Program-made: the position numbers and the translations under genes
Shown here: piece by piece, positions 34,466 to 45,314 of the stretch
Position numbering within the stretch: the first letter of the stretch is position 1
How the letters are laid out: each line of letters starts with the position of its first letter
NCBI GenBank assembly: GCA_038727515.1
Contig: JAVYVS010000003.1
Coordinates: forward strand, 64,001-128,000
DNA length: 64,000 nucleotides
DNA from: Candidatus Methanomethylicia archaeon
GTDB lineage: Archaea; Thermoproteota; Methanomethylicia; Culexarchaeales; Culexarchaeaceae
Reading direction: 5' to 3'
Notes under the pieces: generated by a model
What the model was told of the DNA's origin: nothing
Databases searched by the model: none
What the model saw: only the letters and a program-made list of their open reading frames with translations

Positions 34466-35374
34466 ATGAGTGAAGAAAACATTGAGAAAACATTGAAAGC
34501 TGGAAGAATATTAAAGGAAGTCTTCGAAAAAATACCAAAAATGATCCAACCTGGAGAGAAAATAATAGATTTGTGTGAAAAAATAGAGAATAAGATAATT
34601 GAGTTAGGTGGAATACCTGCATTCCCATGTAATATCTCCATAAATAATATTGCTGCACATTATACATCACCTCCAAATGATACATCAATAATACCTGAAG
34701 ATTCTGTAATTAAAGTTGATATTGGGGTACATATTGATGGATATATAGTGGATGCAGCAAAAACATTCTCATTTAACTCAAAATATGATGATATGATTGA
34801 AGCTGTTGAACTAGCCTTAGAAAATGCCATAAGAATAATTAAACCAGGGGTAAAAGTTAAAACCATAGCAAGAGAAATAGAGAGGACAATAGTAGGATTT
34901 GGATATAAGCCAATAAGTAATTTAACTGGACATTTATTAAAGAGGTATATCCTACATGGAGGCAAAAATATACCAAATGTATATGGAGAATATCCATGGA
35001 TAATAGAGGAAGGAGAAATATATGCAATTGAACCATTTGCAACAAATGGATTTGGAAGCGTTATTGAAACAAACACTACAGTAATATACTCTTTAGCAAA
35101 GATAAAATCGGGAAAAACTAAACTTGAAAAAGATATGCTCAAATACATTTATACAAACTTCAGAATGCTACCATTCTGTGAGAGATGGATAATGAGAAGT
35201 GAATTAGGATTAAGTCAGGAAACCATACATACAATAGTTAATAGGTTACTTGAGGAGGGGATATTAACAAAATACCCAGTACTAAGAGAAGTTAGAAATG
35301 GCATAGTTACACAAGCAGAAACAACAATCATAATAACACGTGATAACATAATAAATATCATGGAAAACAAATAG
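34466..35374 (+). CDS. map: Methionine aminopeptidase type II
   Basis: AFPCNIS, AAHYT, DIGVHIDGYIVD, NLTGH and AIEPF motifs. Confidence 0.96.
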   Translation: MSEENIEKTLKAGRILKEVFEKIPKMIQPGEKIIDLCEKIENKIIELGGIPAFPCNISINNIAAHYTSPPNDTSIIPEDSVIKVDIGVHIDGYIVDAAKTFSFNSKYDDMIEAVELALENAIRIIKPGVKVKTIAREIERTIVGFGYKPISNLTGHLLKRYILHGGKNIPNVYGEYPWIIEEGEIYAIEPFATNGFGSVIETNTTVIYSLAKIKSGKTKLEKDMLKYIYTNFRMLPFCERWIMRSELGLSQETIHTIVNRLLEEGILTKYPVLREVRNGIVTQAETTIIITRDNIINIMENK

Positions 35375-35505
35375 GAAAACAGCTTAAATTCAAAGTAAAC
35401 TAAATTGCATGACATAGAAAAATCATTAATATTTACAATCACACTAACTCTCATATTCAAAGAATTAAACATTACATATATGTAAAACTCCAAAATTCAG
35501 AATAT

Positions 35506-35583
35506 TGGAGCCTCGGGCGGGATTTGAACCCGCGGCCTACGCCTTACCAAGGCGCCGCTCTAACCAGGCTGAGCTACCGAGGC
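35506..35583 (-). tRNA. tRNA-Thr(GGT)
   Basis: GCGCC-TT-GGT-AA-GGCGT; CCA encoded. Confidence 0.96.
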
Positions 35584-35657
35584 TATTAAATTTTAACAAC
35601 TAAATAGAAATATGAAGGGGGTTCCTTTAAATTTTGCTGATATCTAACTGGCGAAGC

Positions 35658-35807
35658 TTATTTTACTAGATCCATGAATTTTGCACAACTAGCGCAGACT
35701 CTCATACCCTCCCTCTCAGTTATACAGTTTTTGCATACATTTTTGAAGCACATTTCACATTTATGTACTTCATTAACCTTTGCACCGCATATTGGACATG
35801 TATACAT
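35658..35807 (-). CDS. 49-aa Cys-rich zinc-finger microprotein (not in the ORF track)
   Basis: MYTCPICGAKVNEVHKCEICFKNVCKNCITEREGMRVCASCAKFMDLVK; four CxxC; SD AGGTGA before ATG. Confidence 0.85.
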   Translation of the reverse strand: MYTCPICGAKVNEVHKCEMCFKNVCKNCITEREGMRVCASCAKFMDLVK

Positions 35808-35862
35808 ATAACTTCACCTAAAATACTATTTTATCAAGTTAATTTATTTGTTTTCATTTATA

Positions 35863-37551
35863 TTAAAACCATTTTGCAACAATTTCATCTTTAATTGTTT
35901 TTGGTTGTATGCCTCTTTCAGGAAATGTTGGTTGACAATGTGTAATTTCCATTATTGAAACTGGTATTTCAATTTTGAAATTAACTAATACTCTTGGATG
36001 TATTTCACCAATTAACCCTATATTCCTTTCATCAACTTTTATGATTGCAACACGTCCATCTATAAATGTTGGATGTCTGTATGGTTCTACTTTCACTTCT
36101 ATTCCAAGTCCATCCATCAATGCAATTAAAACTTCTTTAATATCAGAGAAAGAAGCTTTAGAAGAAGCTATTGCAGCCGCTAGATTCCTCTGTACCATTA
36201 TATCATCGTCTAATGGTATTGCTACATATCCTATTTCGAATATTTTTTGTGGGTATTCAACATGTTTATTTTGTGAGAGGAAGTGAAGTAGATTTGGTGT
36301 TATCCAACGTCTATAACAATTGTATTCTTCCGTTACTGGATTGGAAAGCTTCAATACGTTTAGGTTATTGAGATTCACTAAGCTAGTTTGATGAATAATA
36401 CTGGTTAATGTGAATGTCATAACTTCCTGAAACCCCATTCCAATCATTAATTCCCTAATCTTACCCTCTAATACTTCTATTAGTGATGGCTTTCCAATAG
36501 TCATTAACGATGGCAATTCTGGGGTTATATTCTCATAACCATATGCTATTGCCATATCCTCGATAATATCCACAGGATGAAGAATATCAACTCTAAATGG
36601 GGGAATAGAAATTTTAAGAATTTCACCTCTAACATCACTAATACTATACCCCATCTTCCTCAAGAGTTTAAAAGCCTCTTCTACACTTATATTTAAACCT
36701 ATGAGTTTACGAAAATCTTCAAGATTAATATCTATATGTCTAAAGTTCAGATCTGGGGTTATTTTGCTACATGTTGGGTATTTTACTACAACTTTCTCTA
36801 GAACTCCACCTCTTTCAAGGATGTTACAAACAAGTACGTTTAGAGTTTGAGTGACGGCATTTTCATCTATTCCAGTCAACTCTATAAATAAGTTCCTTGT
36901 TTTTTCAGTAACCCTTGTTCTCTCCCCATTAATTACTGGTGGAAAGCTAAAAATACCTTTAGCATCAATATAGACTGGGTATAATTCACCCTTTAATAGT
37001 CCAGCATAAGTTTTACCTTTAGGATGTTTAACTAGAATTTCCCTAAGAGAAAGTTCTTCAGACATATCCAACGGTATCATCTTTTCATCGCCATTAACCT
37101 CCATATACATTATTGGAGGTTCTATTTTATCATAATCATGGATACCTATAGCTACTTTTCTACGATTTCTACCAATGGTTATGTGTAAAGCCTCTTGCAT
37201 GTTCATTAAACTTTTTATGAAATTATTGTCGATACGCATATCTCTTATAATTGCACATGCAATATAGGGACGCAACTTCACATTACCAACATATACCTCA
37301 ATATTTGGATTTTTAAAAGCTGAAAAAGGAAATTTGGGGTAGCAAATTTCTAAGAAACTTCTTATGGCTCGCGCAAGTCCTTCAACACATAGTATATCTG
37401 GTCTATCAGGTTCAAGTTCAACAATTATATTGTCACCTTCAATACCCTTCACTTCACCTTTGAATTGCCTTATAGCATAAATAATTTTTTCAAGATCTTT
37501 TACATAGCTCAATTCCATTAATTCACTTATACTAAGGTTTAATGTCGGCAT
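35863..37551 (-). CDS. pheT: Phenylalanine--tRNA ligase beta subunit
   Basis: DRPDILCVEG, GRNRRKVAIGIHD and DIIEDMAIAYGY motifs. Confidence 0.96.
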   Translation of the reverse strand: MPTLNLSISELMELSYVKDLEKIIYAIRQFKGEVKGIEGDNIIVELEPDRPDILCVEGLARAIRSFLEICYPKFPFSAFKNPNIEVYVGNVKLRPYIACAIIRDMRIDNNFIKSLMNMQEALHITIGRNRRKVAIGIHDYDKIEPPIMYMEVNGDEKMIPLDMSEELSLREILVKHPKGKTYAGLLKGELYPVYIDAKGIFSFPPVINGERTRVTEKTRNLFIELTGIDENAVTQTLNVLVCNILERGGVLEKVVVKYPTCSKITPDLNFRHIDINLEDFRKLIGLNISVEEAFKLLRKMGYSISDVRGEILKISIPPFRVDILHPVDIIEDMAIAYGYENITPELPSLMTIGKPSLIEVLEGKIRELMIGMGFQEVMTFTLTSIIHQTSLVNLNNLNVLKLSNPVTEEYNCYRRWITPNLLHFLSQNKHVEYPQKIFEIGYVAIPLDDDIMVQRNLAAAIASSKASFSDIKEVLIALMDGLGIEVKVEPYRHPTFIDGRVAIIKVDERNIGLIGEIHPRVLVNFKIEIPVSIMEITHCQPTFPERGIQPKTIKDEIVAKWF

Positions 37552-37552
37552 A

Positions 37553-39154
37553 TTAAACCCTCCATAGCGATGGAATTCTTTGGAATCTTAACCATTTAAG
37601 ATCATTCGAGAAGAGAAGTCTTATGTCTTCTATTTTCAATGCAACCATAGCCAATCTATCTATTCCAAGACCCCAAGCAAGTACGGGAACCTTTATTCCA
37701 AGCGGATACGTTACTTCTGGTCTAAATATACCAGCTGGTAGAGCTTCAATCCAACCAAGTTTTTCATGTTTCACGTATCCAACAACACTTGGTTCTGTAA
37801 ATGGGAAATAAGCTGGTTGAAATTTAACTTCTCTAATTCCAAAAGCTTCTGCAATAGTTTTAAGGAAGCCTAATAGATGCTTAAAATTAACATCTGATGA
37901 AACAACTATTCCTTCACATTGATTAAACTCAATTAAATGCGTTGCATCAATTTTATCAGGTCTATAATTTCTATCAATGGTAAATATTTTCTTGGGTAAA
38001 TCTTCATTTCTAAGTTGTGAAAGACAACGTACAGATAAAGCTGTTGTCTGACTTCTTAAAATCCTCTTTAAAGCTAATTCTGGATCCCAAAAACCCCAAC
38101 CCCTAGATCCAGTTTCCCAACCATTTTCATGAGTTTCCTTCACCCTTAACCAAATCTCACTTTTTGCAACTTTATCTATTGACATAGGTTTATAATCTAG
38201 GTAGAAGACGTCATGTATATCCCTAGCAGGATGATCTGATGGCATAAAAAGTGCATCTGCATTCCAAAAGTTCACTTCTATCGGGGGGCTAATAACTTCT
38301 TCAAACCCAAGACCTATTAGAATCTCCCTAACTTCATCAATTATCTCTCTATAAGGATGTTTCTTCCCCAAATAGAACTTTTTAACCGGAGCGGAAACAT
38401 CATATGGTCTAAAAAGAGTTCTTTCCCATTCACCAGAAATTATTAATTCTCTTGTTAATTCATTCACTATTTTTAAACTTTTCAGATCCAATTTTCTGTC
38501 TGATATTGGAAGCATTTTTTTAATTCTATCTACAATTTCAAATCCTCTGGTTGAAAGAAAAGCATTCAATTCTCTACGTTTTAAAATCTTTATTATTGAC
38601 CCCCTCAACTTCAATTCTTCTAATATTTTAAACTCATCCTTTGAAAGAGGCTCTCCACGCTTAATCTTTTTTAATAAGATGTATGGAGGATAATTCTCTA
38701 GGACTTCAACATCATTAACTTTTAACTTTAATATCCGCTTTCCATCCTTTTTTTCAATTGATGCAAAGCCTAATTTTAAAACCCAACTCAAACCTATTTT
38801 AATTTCATCTTCCGTTAAATGTAATTCTTCAATAGATGCTTCTCCACCAAACTCCGCTAATTTCTTAACTATCCTCTGCTCTGGGAAAAAGTTTTCAACA
38901 TATAATTCCCCCTCAACATCAAGATCGTATTCAACGAATATCCTTTCATCCAATACTATAAGTCCTTTTTCCTTTAATGATTCAAAAGCCCACATAATGG
39001 AATCTATTGGCAGTTCTGTATCTTCTGATATCTGTTTCAAATTAGCATTTCCACTTCCCAACGATAATAAAACTTTTATTTCAATTGGATGAAGTTGTTT
39101 GACCAATTCTAATATCGAAATTGGCTTTCCATCACCAAGTCCCTCATTAAACAT
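37553..39154 (-). CDS. pheS: Phenylalanine--tRNA ligase alpha subunit
   Basis: HPARDIHD, YFPFTEPS and AWGLGIDRL motifs. Confidence 0.96.
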   Translation of the reverse strand: MFNEGLGDGKPISILELVKQLHPIEIKVLLSLGSGNANLKQISEDTELPIDSIMWAFESLKEKGLIVLDERIFVEYDLDVEGELYVENFFPEQRIVKKLAEFGGEASIEELHLTEDEIKIGLSWVLKLGFASIEKKDGKRILKLKVNDVEVLENYPPYILLKKIKRGEPLSKDEFKILEELKLRGSIIKILKRRELNAFLSTRGFEIVDRIKKMLPISDRKLDLKSLKIVNELTRELIISGEWERTLFRPYDVSAPVKKFYLGKKHPYREIIDEVREILIGLGFEEVISPPIEVNFWNADALFMPSDHPARDIHDVFYLDYKPMSIDKVAKSEIWLRVKETHENGWETGSRGWGFWDPELALKRILRSQTTALSVRCLSQLRNEDLPKKIFTIDRNYRPDKIDATHLIEFNQCEGIVVSSDVNFKHLLGFLKTIAEAFGIREVKFQPAYFPFTEPSVVGYVKHEKLGWIEALPAGIFRPEVTYPLGIKVPVLAWGLGIDRLAMVALKIEDIRLLFSNDLKWLRFQRIPSLWRV

Positions 39155-39244
39155 AAGCTTACCTTCATTATATATTTTATTCCAGTTATTAAACGTTTAA
39201 ATATAGTATGATAGAGAAAATATATCAAGTTAGTGGGTGTAAAT

Positions 39245-40132
39245 ATGGAGCTGAAGGGTATTTATGTGCCTCATGTAACACCATTTGATAAAGATGGAAA
39301 AATAGATTATAATTCATTGAATGAATGCATAGATTTTTGGATTAAGAGTAATGTTGATGGATTAGTAACTCTAGGTAGCAATGGAGAATTTCCATATCTA
39401 ACATATGAAGAAAAGATTTCCGTAGTAAGGGAAGTTGTAAACTATGTTAATGGAAGAACAAAGGTAATTGTGGGAACTGGTGCCCCAAGTACATATGAAA
39501 CAATAAAATTTTCAAAAGATGTCTTAGACATCGGAGGAATAGACGCACTAATAATAGTTACACCATACTATTTTCCTCTATCTTCACATGAACTAGTAGT
39601 CCATTACTCTGAAATATTAAACAAAATTGATGCTCCAATACTGTTATATGATGTACCGAAATTTACTGGATATAGCATGGATGTAAACGTAATTGAAAAA
39701 TTAGTTGATGAGTATAGCAATATAATTGGTATAAAAGATAGTACAGGAAACATGATACATATATCTGAAACTATAAGAACAGTAGGCAAGAAGATTAGTG
39801 TATTAGCTGGAACTGCAGACTACATTTTACCAACACTAATACTTGGGGGAAGGGGGGCTATAGTTGCCGTTGCTAACTTCATCCCGGAAGTCACTGTAAA
39901 ACTTTATAAAAGTTTTATTGAGGGAAGATATGAGGAAGCAGCAAAGATACAATTAAACATAAATGCCATATGGAATGCAATAAGAAGATATAATCAACTT
40001 TCAGCAGTAAAAGCATGCATGATTGCAAGAAATATAAATGCAGGCTATCCAAGAAAACCCTCAGTGCAACTAAACCTAGAGGATATTAAATATTTTAAGA
40101 ATATCTTATTAAAATACGCCAATATAAACTAA
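39245..40132 (+). CDS. Dihydrodipicolinate synthase family protein (DapA/KDG aldolase-like)
   Basis: VTPF, GSNGEF, TPYY and GIKDS motifs. Confidence 0.9.
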   Translation: MELKGIYVPHVTPFDKDGKIDYNSLNECIDFWIKSNVDGLVTLGSNGEFPYLTYEEKISVVREVVNYVNGRTKVIVGTGAPSTYETIKFSKDVLDIGGIDALIIVTPYYFPLSSHELVVHYSEILNKIDAPILLYDVPKFTGYSMDVNVIEKLVDEYSNIIGIKDSTGNMIHISETIRTVGKKISVLAGTADYILPTLILGGRGAIVAVANFIPEVTVKLYKSFIEGRYEEAAKIQLNINAIWNAIRRYNQLSAVKACMIARNINAGYPRKPSVQLNLEDIKYFKNILLKYANIN

Positions 40133-40173
40133 AGTTTTTATGAAGGAAGATCAAAAATTAAATCTGAAATTAT

Positions 40174-40824
40174 ATGATGGAAGAAGAGTATTTAAAAAAT
40201 AAGGCAAAAAGAATATTAGAATTGCTTAAACAAGCATACCCAGATGAAAAAGGTACTGAACTAAATTTTAGTAATCCATGGGAGTTACTAGTCGCCACAA
40301 TACTTGCAGCTCAAACACCAGATAAGAGAGTAAATGAAGTTACAAAGGTATTATTTCAAAAATATAGAAATGTAAAAGATTATGCAGAAGCAGATTTAAG
40401 TGAAATGGAGGAAATTTTGAAGAAAATAAATTTCTATCGTAAAAAGGCTCAACGAATAAAAGAAATAGCAAAAATAATTATGGAGAAATATAATGGAGAA
40501 ATCCCAAAATCAGTAGAAGAATTAACAAAATTACCTGGGATAGGTAGAAAAACTGCAAATATGGTTTTAGCAAATGCATTAAATATTATAGAGGGCATAA
40601 CTGTGGATACCCACGTAATGAGAGTTTCAAAAAGACTTGGGTTAACATCATATGACGATAGAAATAAAATTGAAAAAGACTTAATGGGATTATACCCAAA
40701 AAATGAATGGTTTAACGTATCAAACCTATTTATTGCACATGGAAAAAGAACCTGCAGTGCAAAGAAGCCAAAATGTGATGTATGCATTTTAAAGGAAATA
40801 TGCCCTTCAAAATCAATTTCATAA
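40174..40824 (+). CDS. nth: Endonuclease III
   Basis: HhH motif LPGIGRKTAN, VDTHV, C-terminal Fe-S cysteines. Confidence 0.95.
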   Translation: MMEEEYLKNKAKRILELLKQAYPDEKGTELNFSNPWELLVATILAAQTPDKRVNEVTKVLFQKYRNVKDYAEADLSEMEEILKKINFYRKKAQRIKEIAKIIMEKYNGEIPKSVEELTKLPGIGRKTANMVLANALNIIEGITVDTHVMRVSKRLGLTSYDDRNKIEKDLMGLYPKNEWFNVSNLFIAHGKRTCSAKKPKCDVCILKEICPSKSIS

Positions 40825-41038
40825 GTTTACAGATAAGCCAATTGATTTAAGCAAAAATGGAAAAAATACAGATTTACTGGAATAAGGAAGCTTTAATCAT
40901 TAATATAAAGCTTCATTGTCGTGAATTACAACTTAATGATTTTAATCCTTAATCATATTAGCTTTCTACGTATCGATACATAAAATATAGTATCAAGAGG
41001 ATAGAGGTGTATTTAGAACATAAATTATTGGTAATTTA

Positions 41039-41139
41039 TGCGGGGGGTGGGATTTGAACCCACGAACCCCTTCGGGACAGCCGTTCCGAGAATATATCAC
41101 CTCAGGGCTGCGCCTTTGTCCTGGCTTGGCTACCCCCGC
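41039..41139 (-). tRNA. tRNA-Leu(GAG) with 16-nt intron at 37/38 (41084-41099)
   Basis: CAGCC-CT-GAG-G[TGATATATTCTCGGAA]C-GGCTG; BHB helix CTGA/TCGG. Confidence 0.93.
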
Positions 41140-41153
41140 ATAAATTTAAAAAA

Positions 41154-41411
41154 TTATTGTACAACTCCAATCTTCGCAATTATATCCGCTTTTGCCTTTT
41201 TAAGTTTAACTGATGTTATTTTAACTTTAACTACTTCTCCAATTTTTGCTCCTGGAATAAATATTACGGTGTCTTTGATTTTTGCTATACCTTCACCTTT
41301 ATCGGAGTAATCCTCTATTACAACTGTATAAATTTCACCTTCATTGACTCTACTGAATGTGTATACCTTTCTCTTTTTACTAGATTTACGTTTAGACCCC
41401 TTTTTACCCAT
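41154..41411 (-). CDS. Stand-alone TRAM-domain RNA-binding protein with a basic N-terminal tail
   Basis: VNEGEIYTVVIEDYSDKGEGIAKI..VIFIPGAKIGEVVKVKI. Confidence 0.88.
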   Translation of the reverse strand: MGKKGSKRKSSKKRKVYTFSRVNEGEIYTVVIEDYSDKGEGIAKIKDTVIFIPGAKIGEVVKVKITSVKLKKAKADIIAKIGVVQ

Positions 41412-41432
41412 ATTATCCCCCATCAAAAGATG

Positions 41433-42173
41433 CTAACGTGCTTTTCTTGGGGTACCCTTTTTCCTTCCAGTTCGTCTGGGCGCAATTATACCAACTTTCT
41501 GTCCTGGAGGCGCTGTTTTTGGCACTGGTGTACCACCTTTGGGATGTGAACCACCACCATGTGGATGACTTGCTGGAACCATAGCTTTACCTCTTACTAT
41601 AGGCCATTTTGTAGCTTTTCTCTTAATCAAGTGATATTTGTTTCCAGCTTTTACAAATGGTTTTTCTACTCTTCCACCAGCAGCAACTATTCCTATAGTT
41701 GCTCTACATTTCGAATCTAACGTTTTAAGTTTTCCCGATGGAAGTTTAATTGTTGTTTGTCCAAGAGAGTGTGCTACCACTACTGCATAGGTACCAGATC
41801 TACGCGCTAACTTTCCACCATCTCCAGGTCTTAGTTCAACATTACATATAGTAGTACCTTCCGGAATATTACCTATTGGAAGTATATTTCCTGTATCTAT
41901 TTCTGCTAATGCCCCCTTAGCTATGATTTTACCTACGTATATGCCTTCCGGTGCTACAATCAATTCTTTACTACCATCTTCAAATTTCAATAAAGCTAAT
42001 GGGCATCCCCTACCAGGATCATGCAATAACTCTTCTACAACCCCAGTAATCTTTGATTCATATTCGATTTTTTGTGGTATGCTATATTTTGCTTCACCAA
42101 CTTTAATCCATTTAGGTGATCTGAAATTTGATCCTCCTCTTCCTTTACGTTGAACAAGTATTCTTTTACCCAT
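41433..42173 (-). CDS. rpl2: 50S ribosomal protein L2 (uL2)
   Basis: MGKRILVQRKG, HDPGR and HPHGGG motifs. Confidence 0.97.
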   Translation of the reverse strand: MGKRILVQRKGRGGSNFRSPKWIKVGEAKYSIPQKIEYESKITGVVEELLHDPGRGCPLALLKFEDGSKELIVAPEGIYVGKIIAKGALAEIDTGNILPIGNIPEGTTICNVELRPGDGGKLARRSGTYAVVVAHSLGQTTIKLPSGKLKTLDSKCRATIGIVAAGGRVEKPFVKAGNKYHLIKRKATKWPIVRGKAMVPASHPHGGGSHPKGGTPVPKTAPPGQKVGIIAPRRTGRKKGTPRKAR

Positions 42174-42185
42174 TTAAACAGCCTC

Positions 42186-42455
42186 CTACAATATACCCAT
42201 TTTTGAAGCTACATCTGAAGCAGAATATTCTGGTTTCAGTTTGACGTACGCCTTTTTCTCCCCCTTAGATGTTATTAACGTATTTACTTTTTCCACTTTT
42301 ACATTAAATAATCTTTCTACAGCCCACTTAATTTTATGTTTATTTGCTTTCCTATTAACAATAAACACCAATTTATTTTCCACTTCAGTTTTCCTTAAAG
42401 CAGATTCCGAAATCACAGGTCTAATTATTATTTCCCATGGATCTAAATTTTCCAT
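42186..42455 (-). CDS. rpl23: 50S ribosomal protein L23 (uL23)
   Basis: [16 protein letters not shown] motif. Confidence 0.96.
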   Translation of the reverse strand: MENLDPWEIIIRPVISESALRKTEVENKLVFIVNRKANKHKIKWAVERLFNVKVEKVNTLITSKGEKKAYVKLKPEYSASDVASKMGIL

Positions 42456-42475
42456 TTCAAAACCTCCATATACTA

Positions 42476-43318
42476 TCACTTCGTAATATAGTTAAAAATG
42501 TTAGTTGTCAATAAATGTTTGTCCTTATACGTTGAAAATCTATTCATCAATATATTTATTGCACTCTTAGTCCATATGGTAAGTCTACCAGGAACTCCAC
42601 CAGGAGATAAATGCATTACACTTAGATTTGATGCTTTAACAACATCAACACCAGGGAAATTCCTAGCTGCTTCCATCAAAGGAGAGTCATCTGAAACTAC
42701 TATAAGGGGTCCTTTACCAATTTTATATCTTCTACCTCTCATTTTTCCTCTTCCAGCTCTAATTCTAATGTTTTCTTTAACCCTCTCAATATCAGCCCAA
42801 AAACCAAGTTTAATAGCAACTTCCTTGAAATCTCTACTTTTATTAATCTTTTCAAAATCATCGGAAACAATTAATGGTAATTGAGGGATTAAAGATGCTA
42901 TATGCCCTCTCTTATACACGAACTCTGCATTTGCAGTAGCAGAGATAGCTGATAAAATCGCATAAATACGTTCCTTCTTATTTATTCTTTCATGTATTAT
43001 CTTTTCAACTGTTGGTGCATGTGCACGTCTACCACCAACTGCCATAGTTACAAATGCAGCAGTCCCAGCTTCTGGATAACCAGAGCCCTTCACCCTTGGA
43101 ACACGGGCAACCCCATATCCAACACCCCAACTTTTAGCTGTTGTACGTTTACCAGCTAAGGGATCTCTACCCTGAGGTTGTATCCTCGCTGTTAATGATG
43201 ATAAATATGCCCTTTTTATTATGTCCTTTCTAATAGGTATGTTAAAAAGCCAAATATCACCTATTTCTTCTATAACTGAGCCACTTAAATCGTATACCTT
43301 AAACTTTCTTTCCTCCAT
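42476..43318 (-). CDS. rpl4: 50S ribosomal protein L4 (uL4)
   Basis: [13 protein letters not shown] and [12 protein letters not shown] motifs. Confidence 0.97.
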   Translation of the reverse strand: MEERKFKVYDLSGSVIEEIGDIWLFNIPIRKDIIKRAYLSSLTARIQPQGRDPLAGKRTTAKSWGVGYGVARVPRVKGSGYPEAGTAAFVTMAVGGRRAHAPTVEKIIHERINKKERIYAILSAISATANAEFVYKRGHIASLIPQLPLIVSDDFEKINKSRDFKEVAIKLGFWADIERVKENIRIRAGRGKMRGRRYKIGKGPLIVVSDDSPLMEAARNFPGVDVVKASNLSVMHLSPGGVPGRLTIWTKSAINILMNRFSTYKDKHLLTTNIFNYITK

Positions 43319-43321
43319 AAT

Positions 43322-44320
43322 TTATTCACCTCTATATATGTAAATGACCTTTGGTTGAGTAATCATTTGAGTGCGAGGAGATCTAATTGCATACCTAATT
43401 TTAACTAAGCGTTTTGGTGGACCTGGTATTGAACCTTCAATTAATAAGCATGGTCCCTTTACTAAACCATAATGCTTAAATCCACCTTTCACATTCACTT
43501 CATTAGCACTGCAAATTTTTAGTATTCTCTTATTGAATTCAGTTCTACGATGAAAACCCATTTGCCCAGGACGAGGAACAGTCCACATAACTCCTGAGGG
43601 TGTACCGGGACCAATAGATCCAACTTTCCTAGACCCCTTCCTATGTTTATGCCATCTCCCTAAAACTTTAACACCAAATCTTTTAACAACACCTTGAAAT
43701 CCCTTACCCTTACTCACAGAAATAACATCAACATATTGTCCCTCTTTAAATACATCTTTTACATTTATTTCAGAACCTAAAAGTTTAGATGCAAATTCTA
43801 ATTGATCTTTTATTGTACCACCATCCACCTTTATTTCAAAGATTTCAGGCTTCTTCTTGTGAATACCAGCCTTTCTTGGTTGTGTACAAACAATCAATCG
43901 TACTTCACTTATCTCAGATATTCTTGAATATAATTCATTAATAGAAGATGTATCAAACTTTTCTGGTAACTTTAAAACACGTTCTAAATCTTTAGGTGGT
44001 TTTTCAACCCAAACTTCCTTTAAAGCACGTGAGGCCCCAAATTGTTTTGAATAAACTCTTACTCCAACAACTAGAAGTGGTGGTGTTTCCACAATAGTCA
44101 CAGCTTTTACAACTTCTCTACCAAACATGGGTGTACCAGCACGATCTTCAATTACAACAACATGAGTCATACCAACTTTATACCCAGAAAAACCAAGTAT
44201 TCTAATAGGACCTTCAATCTTAGGCCATGAACTTACCCGTGGAACTATACTCCTAGCTCTAACTCTAGGTGCAAATGCCAATGATCCTCTTCGCGGGGCA
44301 CTATACTTCCTACGACCCAA
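43322..44320 (-). CDS. rpl3: 50S ribosomal protein L3 (uL3)
   Basis: APRRGSL, GYKVGMTH and KGKGFQG motifs; TTG start. Confidence 0.97.
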   Translation of the reverse strand: MGRRKYSAPRRGSLAFAPRVRARSIVPRVSSWPKIEGPIRILGFSGYKVGMTHVVVIEDRAGTPMFGREVVKAVTIVETPPLLVVGVRVYSKQFGASRALKEVWVEKPPKDLERVLKLPEKFDTSSINELYSRISEISEVRLIVCTQPRKAGIHKKKPEIFEIKVDGGTIKDQLEFASKLLGSEINVKDVFKEGQYVDVISVSKGKGFQGVVKRFGVKVLGRWHKHRKGSRKVGSIGPGTPSGVMWTVPRPGQMGFHRRTEFNKRILKICSANEVNVKGGFKHYGLVKGPCLLIEGSIPGPPKRLVKIRYAIRSPRTQMITQPKVIYIYRGE

Positions 44321-44369
44321 TCTTCTCACCGAAAATCTTTAACTTGAAATGTAAATTGAAAGCCTATAT

Positions 44370-45245
44370 TTATCTTTTACGTGCCTGTAGGCAGAGTAAT
44401 AAATTAAAAATACTTAAAGTGGAAAATATTGATTCTTCAGTTCTAATAGTTTCACATCCTTGAGATGGTACTATATTAACTATAAAGTGAGAGATGCTGG
44501 ATAATTCTACCCTAAATCTTTTGCAAATTTCAAATAAGCCTTCTTGTGGAGCACCAAAGAGAATCAATATCTTTTTACTATTGGCTAGAGCGTTAATTAA
44601 GTCATTTAAAACACTATGAATTGGAACACCATATTTTGATGTAGCAATTACAAGATCAGCATTATATCTTCTAATACAATCAACTATATTTTCATAATTA
44701 TAATGGACGTTATAACCCCAATACATATCGACTTCATCTTTCGATGATAAGGATAGCTTTAAACTACCATCATCCTGTCTGATTAATTTCACAGTAATCC
44801 TTTCTCCCTTCTGCAGTCTTCTCGGTATAGGATATAGCTTCTCAAACCCGATATCTACTAAAGACTCTTTATCACCACTTTTTACAACTACACCCTCCCT
44901 AAATTCATAGTTTCTTATTTCGTTTACACTCGTTGAAACAGTATGTGATGGAATTTTTAATGGAGGTAGAAGCCCTGCATATCTTAGGAATGTGGATATT
45001 TTATATATTCGTTTCCGAAGGTATTGTGGTGTTTCACAATATCTCAATATTGTACTTAGCCATTCCCCTTCACCTTCAACACCATATCTATCAATGTATA
45101 TAATTATATCATCAACTCTGAATATTGCCGCAGCTCTAGCCACTAAACCAGCTTTTACAGTTTTCTCTCTAGGATGAAGATCAAGAATAAAACTAGCGGG
45201 TATAGCTATCCCCAAGGATTTCTCTCTCTTCTCTGGACGAAACAT
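44370..45245 (-). CDS. SPOUT RNA methyltransferase (COG2106/SPOUT1-like)
   Basis: ARAAAIFRV, ETPQYLRK, FGAP..GL and QGCETIRTEE motifs; usual position upstream of rpl3. Confidence 0.9.
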   Translation of the reverse strand: MFRPEKREKSLGIAIPASFILDLHPREKTVKAGLVARAAAIFRVDDIIIYIDRYGVEGEGEWLSTILRYCETPQYLRKRIYKISTFLRYAGLLPPLKIPSHTVSTSVNEIRNYEFREGVVVKSGDKESLVDIGFEKLYPIPRRLQKGERITVKLIRQDDGSLKLSLSSKDEVDMYWGYNVHYNYENIVDCIRRYNADLVIATSKYGVPIHSVLNDLINALANSKKILILFGAPQEGLFEICKRFRVELSSISHFIVNIVPSQGCETIRTEESIFSTLSIFNLLLCLQARKR

Positions 45246-45314
45246 TATGATCACATATATTATAATAAGTAAAAATAAAAGATAACCCCATCATCAAAAG
45301 CATACGTAAGAAAT

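Noticed and set aside
35605-35645. Possible C/D-box sRNA (ATGAAG...CTGA); a similar pattern lies at 40140-40168
   Set aside because: Imperfect C box, no clear C'/D' boxes or guide; overlaps likely promoter DNA
39110-39154. Possible ATT start for pheS after GGTGA
   Set aside because: An ATG with a plausible SD exists upstream and the N-terminus is not conserved enough to decide
41038-41310. 90-aa plus-strand ORF
   Set aside because: Antisense to tRNA-Leu and the TRAM gene
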